Assembly: GCA_963827655.1 (NCBI GenBank)
Contig: CAWHCF010000038.1
Location: 96,001 to 160,000, forward strand
Direction: 5' to 3'
Length of the DNA stretch: 64,000 nucleotides
Source of the DNA: an uncultured Acidobacteriota bacterium
Lineage (GTDB): Bacteria; Acidobacteriota; UBA6911
This document shows, piece by piece, positions 10,798 through 22,374 of this stretch. The stretch's first letter is position 1. Each line of letters starts with the position of its first letter. The translations under genes were made by a program, and so were the position numbers. Below the pieces are notes generated by a model. It saw only the letters and a list, made by a program, of their open reading frames with translations. It did no database searches and was not told the DNA's origin.

Positions 10798-13700
10798 CTA
10801 GAATTCCAATCGCAACGCGAACCGGATCTGGCGCGCATCGTCAAAGGCGCCGTTGAACGAAAGGAAGTTCCCTGACGTGATGTTGTTAACCGGAGCTCCG
10901 AAGTGAGGTGTATTGGTAAGATTGAACACCTCGGTACGAAACTCCAGATTAACTTCTTCCCTGAGTCGAAATCTGCGAAAGAGGCTGAAGTCCAGATTTG
11001 CCTGACCAGGCCCGATGAACTGATTCCGGTTGGTATTGCCGAAACGCACCTCGGTTGGCTGGCGAAAAGCGGTGGGATCCATCCAGGGTTGGCCCGGTCC
11101 CCTTCCTCCCAGCTTTTCGACACTTTCCTTCACCTGGTCCGCTGTCTGCGTGCTGGCGGGGGCATTGAGTGAGGCTCCGGAAGCCGTAACCGTAAAGGGC
11201 CGGCCGCTGAAAGAGCTGACCACGCCATTGACCTGCCAGTCCCCGAGGATCGCTCGCGCAGCCCCGGTTTGCGCAAACTGTTTGTTGGGACCGAAAGGCA
11301 GCTCATAGACAAACCCCATCTGAAAGATATGCCGGACGTCGTAGCCGGCGTTTGCGCGATTCTTCTGAAGGAAGCCCGGCGCATTGATTGTCAGGCTCGC
11401 CCAGCCATCCTCGTCGGTCATATTGATGGCATGGGACCAGGTGTAGGCGCCCTTGATGAACAATCCACGCTTGAACGGGCCGGTTGATGGCTGCCTGCAA
11501 GGCATGGTAATTGGCGCTCAGCCAACCGTTCAGCCGATTGGTAGAAGCCGTGCGCCCGAATTGCGCAAAGAAAGGCCGCCCGGTGTTGCCGCCTCCGACT
11601 GGAGCCGCATTCAACTCTTCATCCGCCATTTGGCGGACGGTCTGGGTTCCCACATAACCCACATCAACGATGAAATCCTGCGGCATTTTCCGTTGCAGAA
11701 ACAGATTCCAGGACTGGATGTAGCCGCGCGAGAAGTCTCCCTCGAACACGGTTCTCATCAGTGCCGTCGGCGGCAGCGGAGCGCGACCCTTGCTCAGGTC
11801 CGGTGTATCGAGCGGCGGAATCCCCGCGGTATCCAATGGTCCGAATGGCTGAAACACGTTTGCTCCCTCGAACGCCTGGGATATCACGATGGGGTAGAAG
11901 CCGCGCAAAGGTCGCGAGAGATTGATGGGATCCCAGCTTATTCCGTAACCGCTCCGGATCACGGTGCTATCGTTCAGCTCATAAGCGATTCCGACACGAG
12001 GAGCAAAGTTCATCTTGGACCACTCGGCCCCGAGATTCTTCGGCAAACCAGCATACCCTCCGAAGAGTACTTCCATCGTCTGCAAATCCAGCCGCTCAAT
12101 CCCTCGATCGTCGGCTCTGCTGCCCAGCGGAAACATCTCGTATCGCAGACCCAGCGTGATGTTCAGTTTGGGGGTTACATGCCAGCGGTCGCGGATGTAC
12201 CAGCCGAACTGCCATTCGTTAAACGTCTGTTGCACGTACTGCAGGCTCTTGGCCGATGTTGAGGGCAGCCCCAGGAGAAAGCCGCCAAAGGCATTGAATC
12301 GATCGGAGGCAGGACCTCCCCGCAGCGCGGTGACGGTATCGCTGAACGAGAAACCTCCCCGCGGCCCCTGACCGATTTCGGGCTGCCACTGATTGAGTTC
12401 AAAGCGAACTACATCAAAACCCCAGCGAATGTCGTGATTGCCTCGAATATTGTTGGCGTTGATTTTTCCGCTGTAGTTCTGGTCGTCAAAATAGAAGGGA
12501 GCCCAGTTGGGACTGCCTCCGAACTGGGTATATCCAGTCACAGTAAAAATAGGCGCGCCGCCCTGGCGTGGATCCGTTCCGTTGGTGCCGGGAATGCCGA
12601 GTACATCCAGACCGATGTTCTTTTCGATGCCCAATGGCACGCCGTCCTGGTCCTGGCGAGTCCACCCAAAGCTACCGTCCACGATGAAAGTGTGACTGGC
12701 GGTGAAATTCGTGCCGAACGTGCCAGACTGGACGTAAGCTCTGCCCCTGCCAGGCAAGGCGCTCTCGGCGAAACCTGCTACCCCCGAGCAAGGGCCGCCA
12801 CCCTCGCCGAAAACCGGCGGGCAGTCGGTCCTTGCCCACATGGCGCTGTATTTGCCCCAGAGACGATATTTCTGCGCCTGCTTGTCGATTTTCAGGTCAA
12901 AGTTGTGCCGATCCAGCTCGCGGCTGAACTCCCGGAACAGGTTCTCAGACGATCCGGACAGATTGGGAGCAGGCAGAAAGGAGAGCATTTTCGAGGCCGC
13001 GGGGCTGAACCGCGACGAGGGGATGATGTTGTTCGCGAAAGCTGTGCGCCCCGAGCCGTCGGGATTTCCTGTCAATGGGTCAAAGATCGTCGTGCCTGTT
13101 CTGCTGAAATCCCCCGCGCGAATATCGGCCGTCGGAACTGTGAACAACCCGGCCATGTTTCTTCGTTCGGCCAGATACTCCCAGGACGCAAAGTAGAATA
13201 GCTTGTCTTGGGAAATCGGCCCGCCAATGGTCGCGCCGACGATGTTGCGAACATGTTTGGGTTCCTTTTCCTGTGGAACGAAAAAGTTCCGGGCGCGAAA
13301 CAGATTGTTTTCATTGTAGCCGAATGCCGAACCGTGGACCTCGTTGGTTCCTGACTTGGTCACGAGAGTCATGATCGCTCCCCCCGTGAGCCCCTGGTCG
13401 GCGTCGAAACTGGCGGTCGAAATGCTGACTTCCTCGACAGACTCGCTGGGCGGAACATACGCCGTATGATGAGGAAGCCACACGAACACGTTGGAGGCTC
13501 CGTCGACGATGGTCCGGTTGTTGTTGCGGTTGGTGCCGTTGACATTGGTCGTCAGTCCGCGCGCCGGGGTGGAATCGACCGAGTTCTGGAAAAGCGCCGG
13601 CGTGGCTCCCGGGACCAGATTGATCAGGCTCTGGTAGTTCTTGTAGTTGGACAGCGGCAGGTTCTTGACTTCCTTGTCATCGAGAACGGTACTTACATCA

Positions 13701-14122
13701 CTCTTCTCTGTTTGAAGCGTGACGGCCGCCGCCTCGACGGTTACCTGTTCGGTGAGCCCCCCGACCTCGACGCTGAGGTCTACCCGGGTCACGATGTTCG
13801 CCCTTATCTCGACGCCCGTTTGACGAGCCTCCTTGAAGCCTGTCAGCCTGACGGTCAGGGTATACCTTCCACTCTGGAGAGTGGCGAAGGTGTACCGGCC
13901 GGCGTCATTGGTGATTGCCTCGCGAGCGTCGTTGGTCTGCTCGTTCAGAGCGGTCACGGCCGCTCCTGGAACAGCGCCACCCGAGCTGTCGCTTACGTTA
14001 CCGGTGAGTCCGCCGTAAAGAACCTGGGCCTGTGCAGTTTCTTGAGTAACCCAGGTCAGCAAGAGAAGAGACAGACCGGACACCAAAAGCGCTGTGGACG
14101 ATTTCTTGATCAGGTAGAGCAT
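10798..14122 (-). CDS. TonB-dependent receptor, Oar-like, with N-terminal carboxypeptidase-regulatory-like domain; frameshift near 11460
   Basis: Signal peptide, G.VSDSSG.VPGA.V, TKSGTN..HGS, NFAPRVG.AY, C-terminal RQIRFALRLEF (terminal Phe). Confidence 0.92.
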
Positions 14123-14273
14123 GGCTCCTCCGCTTCACCATCCAAGAGTCGACGAGGTTTTTATGCTTGTGTGAAAGACTGGTTGTGGCATCGTACGGCT
14201 CCTTCAGCAACCGGTGTCGGTCCTGAAAGTCCACTGTGTAGACGGCCGCTAACCCACTACCTAGGGTGGCCTA

Positions 14274-14302
14274 GGATTGCGCATCATTAGTGAATCTGTC
14301 AA
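14274..14302 (-). promoter_or_regulatory. Putative sigma70-type promoter for the TonB receptor
   Basis: TTGACA, a 17-nt spacer, then CAATCC (weak -10) about 150 nt upstream of the start. Confidence 0.35.
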
Positions 14303-14741
14303 ATGAATAACTATCGAAAATAAGGGGCGTCTCCTATTTTTATCGTTGGTGGCCATCGATTGGATGGCCATTCAGATAGTCGCTGGCATGAACGAAGGCT
14401 TGTCTCGCGGTCTCTGGAGAAGCGGGGCCGTTTGTTTGTCAAAGCCGCTGAATTGGTCGTCGCTGCTTTGTCCTTCCAGGACACAGTCTGTGATTTGGCT
14501 GTTTCGCGGATGCCGACATACAGACCTAAAGCCATGTCTGTCGAACAGGCTGGTGAGCCGGTTCATCCGCAGTAGCGCCCGTCGCGGCGCTCCGCACCTC
14601 AAGATGTTTAAACTCCATCCATTGTTCCTCCGGGGCAAAGCGCGGACAAAGCTGAGTCGCACTTCTAATCGCACTCCAGGAAGAAGACGGCGCAGCACAG
14701 AGCTAACCCATAGAATGGTCAGCGGTCAGAGTGCCGAATGA

Positions 14742-16253
14742 TCAAGGCGGGGTGATTGTAGCCTCTTTTTCGAGCTGCTCTCTCTCAAGCTGGAGGGTCT
14801 TCTGGATCTCCTGGTATTTCTGGAGCATCTGACCCGCTAGCTCGCGCTGGCCAGTGCTGCGGTAGGCTTGAGCCAGCTGGTAGAGCAGACTTCCATCATT
14901 GTCCAAAACCAGAGCTGATTTCAGATGAGGAATGGCCTTGGCGGCCTCCCCGAGGGTAAGGAAGGCCCGCCCCAGAGAAGAATGCGCCGGCGGGAAAGTC
15001 AGGATCATACTCCACAGCCTTCTTCAAAAAAGGAACGGCTTCACCGGGCCGCTGTTGATTCAACAGGATGTCCCCTGCCAGGTAGTTCACTTGGGCCGAA
15101 TTGGGCTCTTCCGTCAGAAGGCTGTCCACCAGCGGTTTGGCGGCATCATAGTCGTGAGTCAGGATCAATGAAACGGCCAGTTCCTTCCTGGCGTGGGGTT
15201 CCCGGGAGAGATTTCGAGCGCCTTCTTCCATTCATTAACCGACTCCACGTGCCGTCCCTGATTTCGATGGATTTCGGCCATCACCTCATGCATTTCGAAA
15301 GAAGGGGGGAGTTTAGCCAGCCTCGAGAGAGCGTCGAGCGCAAGCGCATTATAGATCTGTGATCGCCAATAATACGATTCAGGCGTCTGCTTGTTCTTGA
15401 CGGCGTCCAGGGCTTCCCGAAAGCGGCCTGCCAGGAAATCACAGACTACCTTCTCGGAATTGCAATCCGGCAATCCGAGCTGCATTTCCTTTTCTTCCTC
15501 CTGCGTTGCCCATTCGGCGTGGCCCGTCCTTCGGTAAATCTGGCTCAGGGCCATATGGATCCCCCGCATTTTCGGCTGTTTCTCGAGAGCCTTGCGGTAA
15601 AAAAAGAAGGCGCTGCGATACTGCTGTTGTACCGCCCGCGTGTCGGCCACCAAGGCAAGCCAGTAAGCCGATTCGGGAGCGATTTTCTCGAGCCTCTCAA
15701 AAGCTCTTCCCGCCAGTGCCTCGTAAGATCTTCCCAGGCCGTGCCAGGCCTTGGGGTTTTCGGCCTCGAGCTTCGTCAGAGCGTCATACTGCTCAGCAGC
15801 CTGCTCGAACCTTTCCACGGCGAACAGGGCATCCCCGAGCAATTGCCGTCCCCTTGGATCCTTCCCATCCTTTCCAACATACTTCTGCAAGGACGGAACC
15901 GCTCGGGCTGGATTTCCCAGCCTTTGTTCACTTGCCCCAAGAAACAGAAACGCCTGCGTCATCTCCGGATTTGCTTTTACGGCCGCCTCGAGGTGCCGGA
16001 TCGAGTCCCGGTATTGACCTGCCATGTAGTGGGCGATTCCCAGGTTCATCCTCAATCCCGCTTCACCGGGCAAGACTTTGATCAGCTCCTGGTAGATGGA
16101 AATCGCCTCTTTATACTTGCCCGCGCTCATTGCCTCGCGAGCCCGTTGCGACTTTGCCGCCAGCTCATCGGACTGCCCGACTGCCCAGGCGCCATTTGAA
16201 AGCAGAAGGGCGCAGACCAGGAGAAACGGCGAGAGGAGCTTTCTTTCACTCAT
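14742..16253 (-). CDS. Secreted tetratricopeptide repeat protein, frameshifted near 15200 and 15005
   Basis: Signal peptide and multiple TPR motifs (NLGIAHY, HGLGRSY, YLAGDILL, YQLAQAY) over three ORF pieces. Confidence 0.85.
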
Positions 16254-16299
16254 GACGCGTCAGTATACGCGGTTCAATGAAATAACCCTGGTTGCAAGG

Positions 16300-18177
16300 C
16301 TATTCGCCGGGGAGGGTAAAGGCGATCAGAGCGTCGGCAAAGGTGTTTTGGTATCGGTTTCCACCACCGGCGGCAATCACGACATATTGCTTGCGGGTCT
16401 TGCGGCCCAGATACGTTACCGGAACGGCGTGAGCGCTGCCATCGATCTTGGTCACCCACAATTCTTTGCCGGTATCCTTGTCGAAAGCCCGAAATCGGCT
16501 GTCGTTGCTGTAACCAATGAAGACCAGCCCGCCGCTGGTGACGATACCCCCACCGATCCCGGGTGCGCCGGTGTTGGTTATTCCTTTCTGGGCCAGAGAT
16601 TCGACAATTCCAAGGGGTTTCTGCCAGACGATGGACCCTTTGTTGAGATCGATGGCCGTCAGCGTGCCCCAGGGGGGCGTCTGCAGCGGGATGCCTGTCT
16701 CGTAATCCCACAACCAGGCGGTTCTGAGAAATCCTCCTCCGGTCATTCGATACGCTGGAAAGGACTGCTCCGTAGGCACCATCTTCATGACCATTCCCAG
16801 GTTGGAAGAGCTGACAAAATAGAGGCTCGAGGTTGGGTCGTAGCACCCCCCTCCCCAGTCGGCTCCTCCGTTGTTTCCCGGAAAGACCATGACACCCTTT
16901 TCACTGGGCGCAGAGAACACGCCGCCGGCGTCGTATTCGCGAAAGATTTTCTCGGCGAACTTACGATGTTCGGGCGAGACATCGGCGATTTCGTCCGGTC
17001 GGATCGAAGTGCGCGCGAAAGCGGGTGGCGCGGAGGGAAACGGCTGTGTGGGCGAGAGCTTTTCTCCGGGCACGGTGCTCTGTTGCACCGGCCGCTCTTC
17101 GACTTCGAATAGAGGTTTCCCCGTCTCACGGTGGAGGAGAAAAAGAAATCCTTGCTTGGTCACCTGGGCGACGGCGGGGATGTCGCGCCCATCACGGCGG
17201 ACCGTGATCAGATTCGGCTGTGCGGCTATATCGTAGTCCCAGACGTCGTGGTGCGAGAACTGGAAATCCCAGATCAATTCCCCGGTCTTGGCTTTCAGGG
17301 CCAGCAGCGAATTGCTCCAGCGATTGGCGCCATGCCGATCACCGCCGTAATAGTCATAAATCGGCGAGTCGGTTGGAACGAAGAGCATTCCGCGATCCCG
17401 GTCGAGGCTCATGATGGTCCAGCACAGGGAACCACCCTGTCGCTTCGACGAATCGCCGCCCCAGGTCTCGTGACCCGGTTCTCCTGACCGGGGAGCCTTG
17501 AATCTCTCCCAGATTAATTTGCCCGTATGAACATCGTAGGCCCGCAGGTAGGGAATGATGCCCCCGACAATCACCAGATCTTCATAGATCGTGGGGGGAG
17601 AGGCTATGTTGCGCATCCAGTCGGACGGACGCGGATCCGGCATCCCGATCGATCCGTGACGCACTCTTCCACCCTCGCCAAAACCCGGGACCGGCTTTCC
17701 CGTTCGCGCGTCGAGACACCAGAGGTCGCCATCGAGAGTGCCTGAAAACACCCGGCGGTCCTCTCCTTTCTTCCACACGGCCAGCCCTCTGTGGGCCCAC
17801 ATGTTTCTCCGTGTCATCCGATCCAGTTTCGGATCGAACGACCAGAATTCCTTGCCGGTCTCGGGATCCAGGGCGACAACTCTGCAAAACGGCGTCGTTA
17901 TGTACATGACCCCGTCCAGCACGATCGGAGTGCACTCGAACGCCGACTTTGTGGGGTAGTTCTTCCCGTCGCTCATTTCGCCGGTATGAAAGGTCCATGC
18001 TCGACGCAAGCCGCCGACGTTGGTCTTGTCTATTTGCTTCAGGGGTGAATAACGCTGTCCCCCCTCGTCGCCGCCCCAGGAGGGCCAGTCGTAGACCATT
18101 GAGTTTGGCGTTTCGGCCGGTTTGAAGTACGAAGGACTGATTGCAACCGAGACGAGAATCAGTATCAGCTTCCGCAT
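16300..18177 (-). CDS. PQQ-dependent dehydrogenase (glucose/quinate-type beta-propeller), exported
   Basis: WPSWGG..RYSPL.QI, ECTPI, ALDPETGKE.W, HHDVWDYD, PPWGTL, GGLVFIG and QYVVIAAGGG motifs. Confidence 0.92.
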   Translation of the reverse strand: MRKLILILVSVAISPSYFKPAETPNSMVYDWPSWGGDEGGQRYSPLKQIDKTNVGGLRRAWTFHTGEMSDGKNYPTKSAFECTPIVLDGVMYITTPFCRVVALDPETGKEFWSFDPKLDRMTRRNMWAHRGLAVWKKGEDRRVFSGTLDGDLWCLDARTGKPVPGFGEGGRVRHGSIGMPDPRPSDWMRNIASPPTIYEDLVIVGGIIPYLRAYDVHTGKLIWERFKAPRSGEPGHETWGGDSSKRQGGSLCWTIMSLDRDRGMLFVPTDSPIYDYYGGDRHGANRWSNSLLALKAKTGELIWDFQFSHHDVWDYDIAAQPNLITVRRDGRDIPAVAQVTKQGFLFLLHRETGKPLFEVEERPVQQSTVPGEKLSPTQPFPSAPPAFARTSIRPDEIADVSPEHRKFAEKIFREYDAGGVFSAPSEKGVMVFPGNNGGADWGGGCYDPTSSLYFVSSSNLGMVMKMVPTEQSFPAYRMTGGGFLRTAWLWDYETGIPLQTPPWGTLTAIDLNKGSIVWQKPLGIVESLAQKGITNTGAPGIGGGIVTSGGLVFIGYSNDSRFRAFDKDTGKELWVTKIDGSAHAVPVTYLGRKTRKQYVVIAAGGGNRYQNTFADALIAFTLPGE

Positions 18178-18259
18178 CGACTACTCTCGAAACCTCGCGT
18201 CATTGGGTCTTCGCGGTTGGTCGCCGCAGGACGCAATTGTGAATGGACGTTTCATTAGA

Positions 18260-20786
18260 TCCACGTTTCGAACGTCAGTGACCGGTCGGAACGACGAGGG
18301 ATCGTAGAAGGGTTGTCCCGGGCCGACCCCTCCCAGTTTCGTGATGGGTCCAACCTGATCGGCCGTCTGGGTGTTGCCAGGAGCGTTGAGCGAAGCGCCC
18401 GAAGCAGTCACGTTGAACGGCCTACCCTGAATCGCACTCCAGATCCCGTTAAGTTGCCATCCCTTGATCAGCTGATTGGCCAGACCGCCGCCGTTCTTTC
18501 CAAACGGAAGCTCGGCGACAAATCCGAGCTGAAGCATGTGAGGGATATTGAAACCAGCCTGAGCACGATTGCGGTTCAGGACCGAAGGATGGTTGAACGT
18601 CAGCCCGGTCCAGCCATCATCATCCGCCCAGTTGATCGCTTTCGAATAAGTATAGGCGCCTTTCAGGAATAGGCCTTTGGTGAAAGGCCGGTTGACTGCC
18701 ACCTGCAAGGCGTGGTAGTTCGCGCTCAGCCAGCCGTCCCACTGGAGCGTGGCAGACGTGCGTCCGAACACAGGCGCATAAGGCCGGCCGGAATTACCCT
18801 GACCAGGGCCCGCAGCGTTGAGCTCAAGATCGGCAAACGATCGGGTCGTTTGTGAGCCGACGTACGCGGTCGATACCACGAGATCCAGCGGGAACTTGCG
18901 CTCGAATGACAGGTTCCAGGATTGAATATATCCCCTGTCAATCTGATCCGGGTAAGGGGTCCGCATGTCGACTGTCGGAGGCAGATCAACCAGACCCGTG
19001 TTGAGGTCGGGCCCCGTGAATTCGGGTATCCCCAGGGCGATCGACCGGAAAGGAACGAACGCACTGGGTCCGACAAAATTCTGAGCGACCACGAGGGGAT
19101 AAAAGCCTCGAATCGGACGAGCGAACGGCATAGGGTTGTAGGTGAGACCATAGCCGGTTCGAATCACGGTGCTGTCTCCCAAGCGATAGGCGAGGCCGAA
19201 GCGCGGAGCTAGGAGTTTTTTGCTGGTCTTGATCCCAAGATCCTGGGGGTTTCCACCCCGGTCGCCGAGTTTCACTTTCATTGTGGAAAGGTCGAGCAGC
19301 TCAATGCCGCGGTCCGCGCGATGCATCAAAGGATAGAGCTCGTAGCGCAGCCCGAACGACAGGGTCAGGTTGCGGCTAGCCTGCCAGCGATCGCGGAAGT
19401 ACCAGGCGAACTGCCATTCGCGCCCGGTCATCAGCTCATACTGCAGGCTCTTGTCCATGGAGGCGGGAAGCCCGAGCAGAAAGGCCGCATACGCATTGAA
19501 TTGATTGGGCGAGCGCGCTCCGCCCCGCAGGGCGGTAATGTCACCAGGGAAGACAAACCGTCCCCTGGGCCCGCCGAGTTGCTCCGGCTGCCAGTGATTC
19601 AGCTCGTGCCGGACTAGATCAAAACCCCATCGGTATTCATGCGCGCTCTGAATCCGGGTGAAGTTGACGGTGCCGGTGTAGCTCTTATCATTGCGCTCAG
19701 CCGGCATCCAGTTAAAGGTGTTGCCCAATGACGCATAGCTGGTGATATTAAAGGCAGGCAGGCCGCTTTGCTTCGGATCGCTGCCGTTCGTGCCGGGAAT
19801 GCCGAGCACTTCGAGTCCGAAGTTCTGCCCCAAGTCCGGGGGTGTGCCGGTCTGGTCCATCCGGGTAATTCCGAAGGTCCCATCCACAATCATCCTGGGA
19901 CCCATGGTCCAGGTAGTACCGATGGTTCCTACATAGACCTTGGTATCGCCAACACCGGCGCCGCCATCGCATAAGCAGCCGCCTCCGGCCTGCCCAAGGG
20001 CGTATTCACCGCTGACCTGGGCATCCATCATGCTGAACTTGGCCCAGACCTGGTGGGCGGTGGTGCGGTTCCAGTTTAACTTGACGTCGAAGTTATCCCG
20101 GTTCATGGCCTGGGTAGCCGACCGAGAGTAGTTATTGGTCACGCCGGGAAGATTGGGAAGTGGAACGAGGTCCTGCATCTTACGGGTGATCGGACTGATC
20201 CGGTTCTGGCGGAATAATGTTATTTGGAAACGGGATGCGATCCGGAGCCATCCGGATTTCCGCTCAGCGGGTCGTAAATGATGGTGTCGTAACGTGCTGA
20301 AATCCCCTCGACGCTGATCTTGGGGTTGCAAGCGTGAATCGAGTGTTGAAGCCGCGGGCCACCCGCTCGCGCGTCCCCTCCCAGCCGCCGAAGTAGAAGA
20401 GTTTGTCCTTGACGATCGGCCCGCCCAGCGTAAAGCCGTCGATGTTCTGAATGCTGTTGGGCTTTTTGAGCCCCGCCGGGAGAAAGAAGTTCTTGGCCCG
20501 CACAGCGCTGTTGTCATGCAATGCGAAAAGCGAGCCGTGAAGGTCGTTGGTTCCCGCTTTGGTGACCAGGGTAATGGCCGCTCCCCCTGCCATGCCCTGC
20601 TCGGCATCAAAGTTGTTCGTGCTGATATTCACCGTCTCGATGGTTTCTGCCGGCGCCACGTAGGCGGTGTGGTGCGGCAGAAAGATGAAAACACTGGTCG
20701 AGCCGTCGATGCGAGTATTGTTGTTGTTGCGGTTGGTGCCGTTTACGTTGGTCGTAAGGGCCCGCGCAGGTGTGTCAGTGTTGGCA
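18260..20786 (-). pseudogene. TonB-dependent receptor paralog truncated at both ends, with internal frameshifts near 20230-20330
   Basis: Collinear with 10798..14122 from 'DTPARALTTNVNGTNRNNN' to 'FRPVTDVR'. It lacks the signal peptide and N-terminal domain and the last barrel strands. Confidence 0.75.
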
Positions 20787-20921
20787 TCTTGTCAATTTAC
20801 CTGGCCGAAATGTGCCACAGGACTCTCGATCTCTTCAACATCTAAAGAATAAGCTCGCTTGAAGGTCATTCTCGGCATGAAGCCGCTCCCCGGAACCTGT
20901 GCTATCGTATAGACCGCAAAG

Positions 20922-22374
20922 ATGAATCCGAGTCGTCGCATGATTTTCCCCTTGAATCTGCCTCACTGCCGTTTCCGTATGGCGCCTATCATGGGGTTCT
21001 CGTTCGTCCTGACCCTCTATGCCGGCGTGATTCCACCCCTGCCCAAGCTGCCTCTCGAAAGTTTCACATCTCCTATGCGCGAGCAGATTCAGGAGGCATT
21101 TGAGGATGCCGTTCAGAATCCGGAACGGGCGGAAAATAACGGGCGCCTTGGGATGCTTCTCTATGGATACGAGCACTTCCAGTTTGCCGAGACGTGTTTC
21201 GAGCGCGCCCGGGCCTTTGATTCCAACGACAAGCGCTGGGCTTATTACCTGGGGAGGACGCAGGCGGCGCTGGGGAAGCACGATCAGGCGGCTATCTCCT
21301 TGCGAGAAGCGCTGCGCCAAAACCCCGACTATCTTCCCGCAGAGCTGTCCCTGGGCGAATCTCTCCGTGCTGCGGGCCAATTGGACCAGAGCCGAAAAAC
21401 CTACCAGGCGGTTGCAGAGAAGCATCCCGAAGCGGCCGCGGCCTACTACGGGTTGGGCAGAGTTCTGGCCGTCCAGCGTGAGACTGCGCGTGCCATCGAG
21501 TTTTTCCGGAAAGCTTGCGACCTCTTCCCGAGTTTCGGCGCCGCCCATTATGCGCTTGCCCTTGCCTACCGCGATCTAGGCGACCGGGCTAAGGCTCAAG
21601 AACACCTGGCTTTCTATCAAAAGGACAAACTGAGCTGGCCTCCGACGCCGGATCCGCTGCTCAGGGCGATCGACGACCTCAAGACCGGAGCGAGCGTCCA
21701 TCTCAGGAAGGGAGTCCGCCTCGAAGCGGTCGGGCGAGATGCAGGCAGCCGTCGAGGAACACGAACGGGCCCTTGAGGCCGATCCAAAACACGCTCAGGC
21801 TCGTGTCAATCTGATTACGCTGTATGCAAAGCTGGGCCAGACGGAGAAAGCAGAGGAGCATTATCGCGCGCTTCTTGCGATCGACCCGAACCTTGTGGAA
21901 AGCCATTACAACTATGGAGTGATGCTGACCGGGCAACAAAAGTACAAAGAAGCGGCTGAAGCTTATCGCCGGGCTTTGGAGATAAACCCGTACTATGCCG
22001 ATGCGCACAGCAACTATGCCTATCTGCTCATGGTCGAAGGGCGGCTGGATGAAGCCGCGGAGCACTACCGGGCCGCCATCGCAAACAAGCCGAACCACCG
22101 GCTCGCTCACTTCAATCTTGGCCGGATCCTCGTGCATCAGGGAAAGGCCCAGGAAGCAGTCAGTCATTTTCTTCAAACATTGACACCGGAAGACGAAAAC
22201 ACTCCCCGTTACATGTATGGCCTCGGCGCCGCTTACGCGCGCGCCGGCGATCGCAAGAGCGCCTTGAAATACATGCGCGATGCGCGGCAGCGGGCCGTGA
22301 CTCTCGCTCAGTCCGAACTGCTCAAGTCCATAGACAAAGACCTGGCGGTCCTGGAACAGGGGGAGAATCGGTGA
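20922..22374 (+). CDS. Tetratricopeptide repeat protein, frameshift near 21735
   Basis: TPR motifs throughout (YYLGR, YGLGR, HYNYGV, HFNLGR). Its stop overlaps the start of the CRTAC1 gene. Confidence 0.85.

Noticed and set aside
14123-14741. 620-bp gap upstream of the TonB receptor as a small gene or riboswitch
   Set aside because: The short ORFs lack an RBS or motifs and no known RNA motif was recognised. Only a weak promoter and a family B palindrome are supported.
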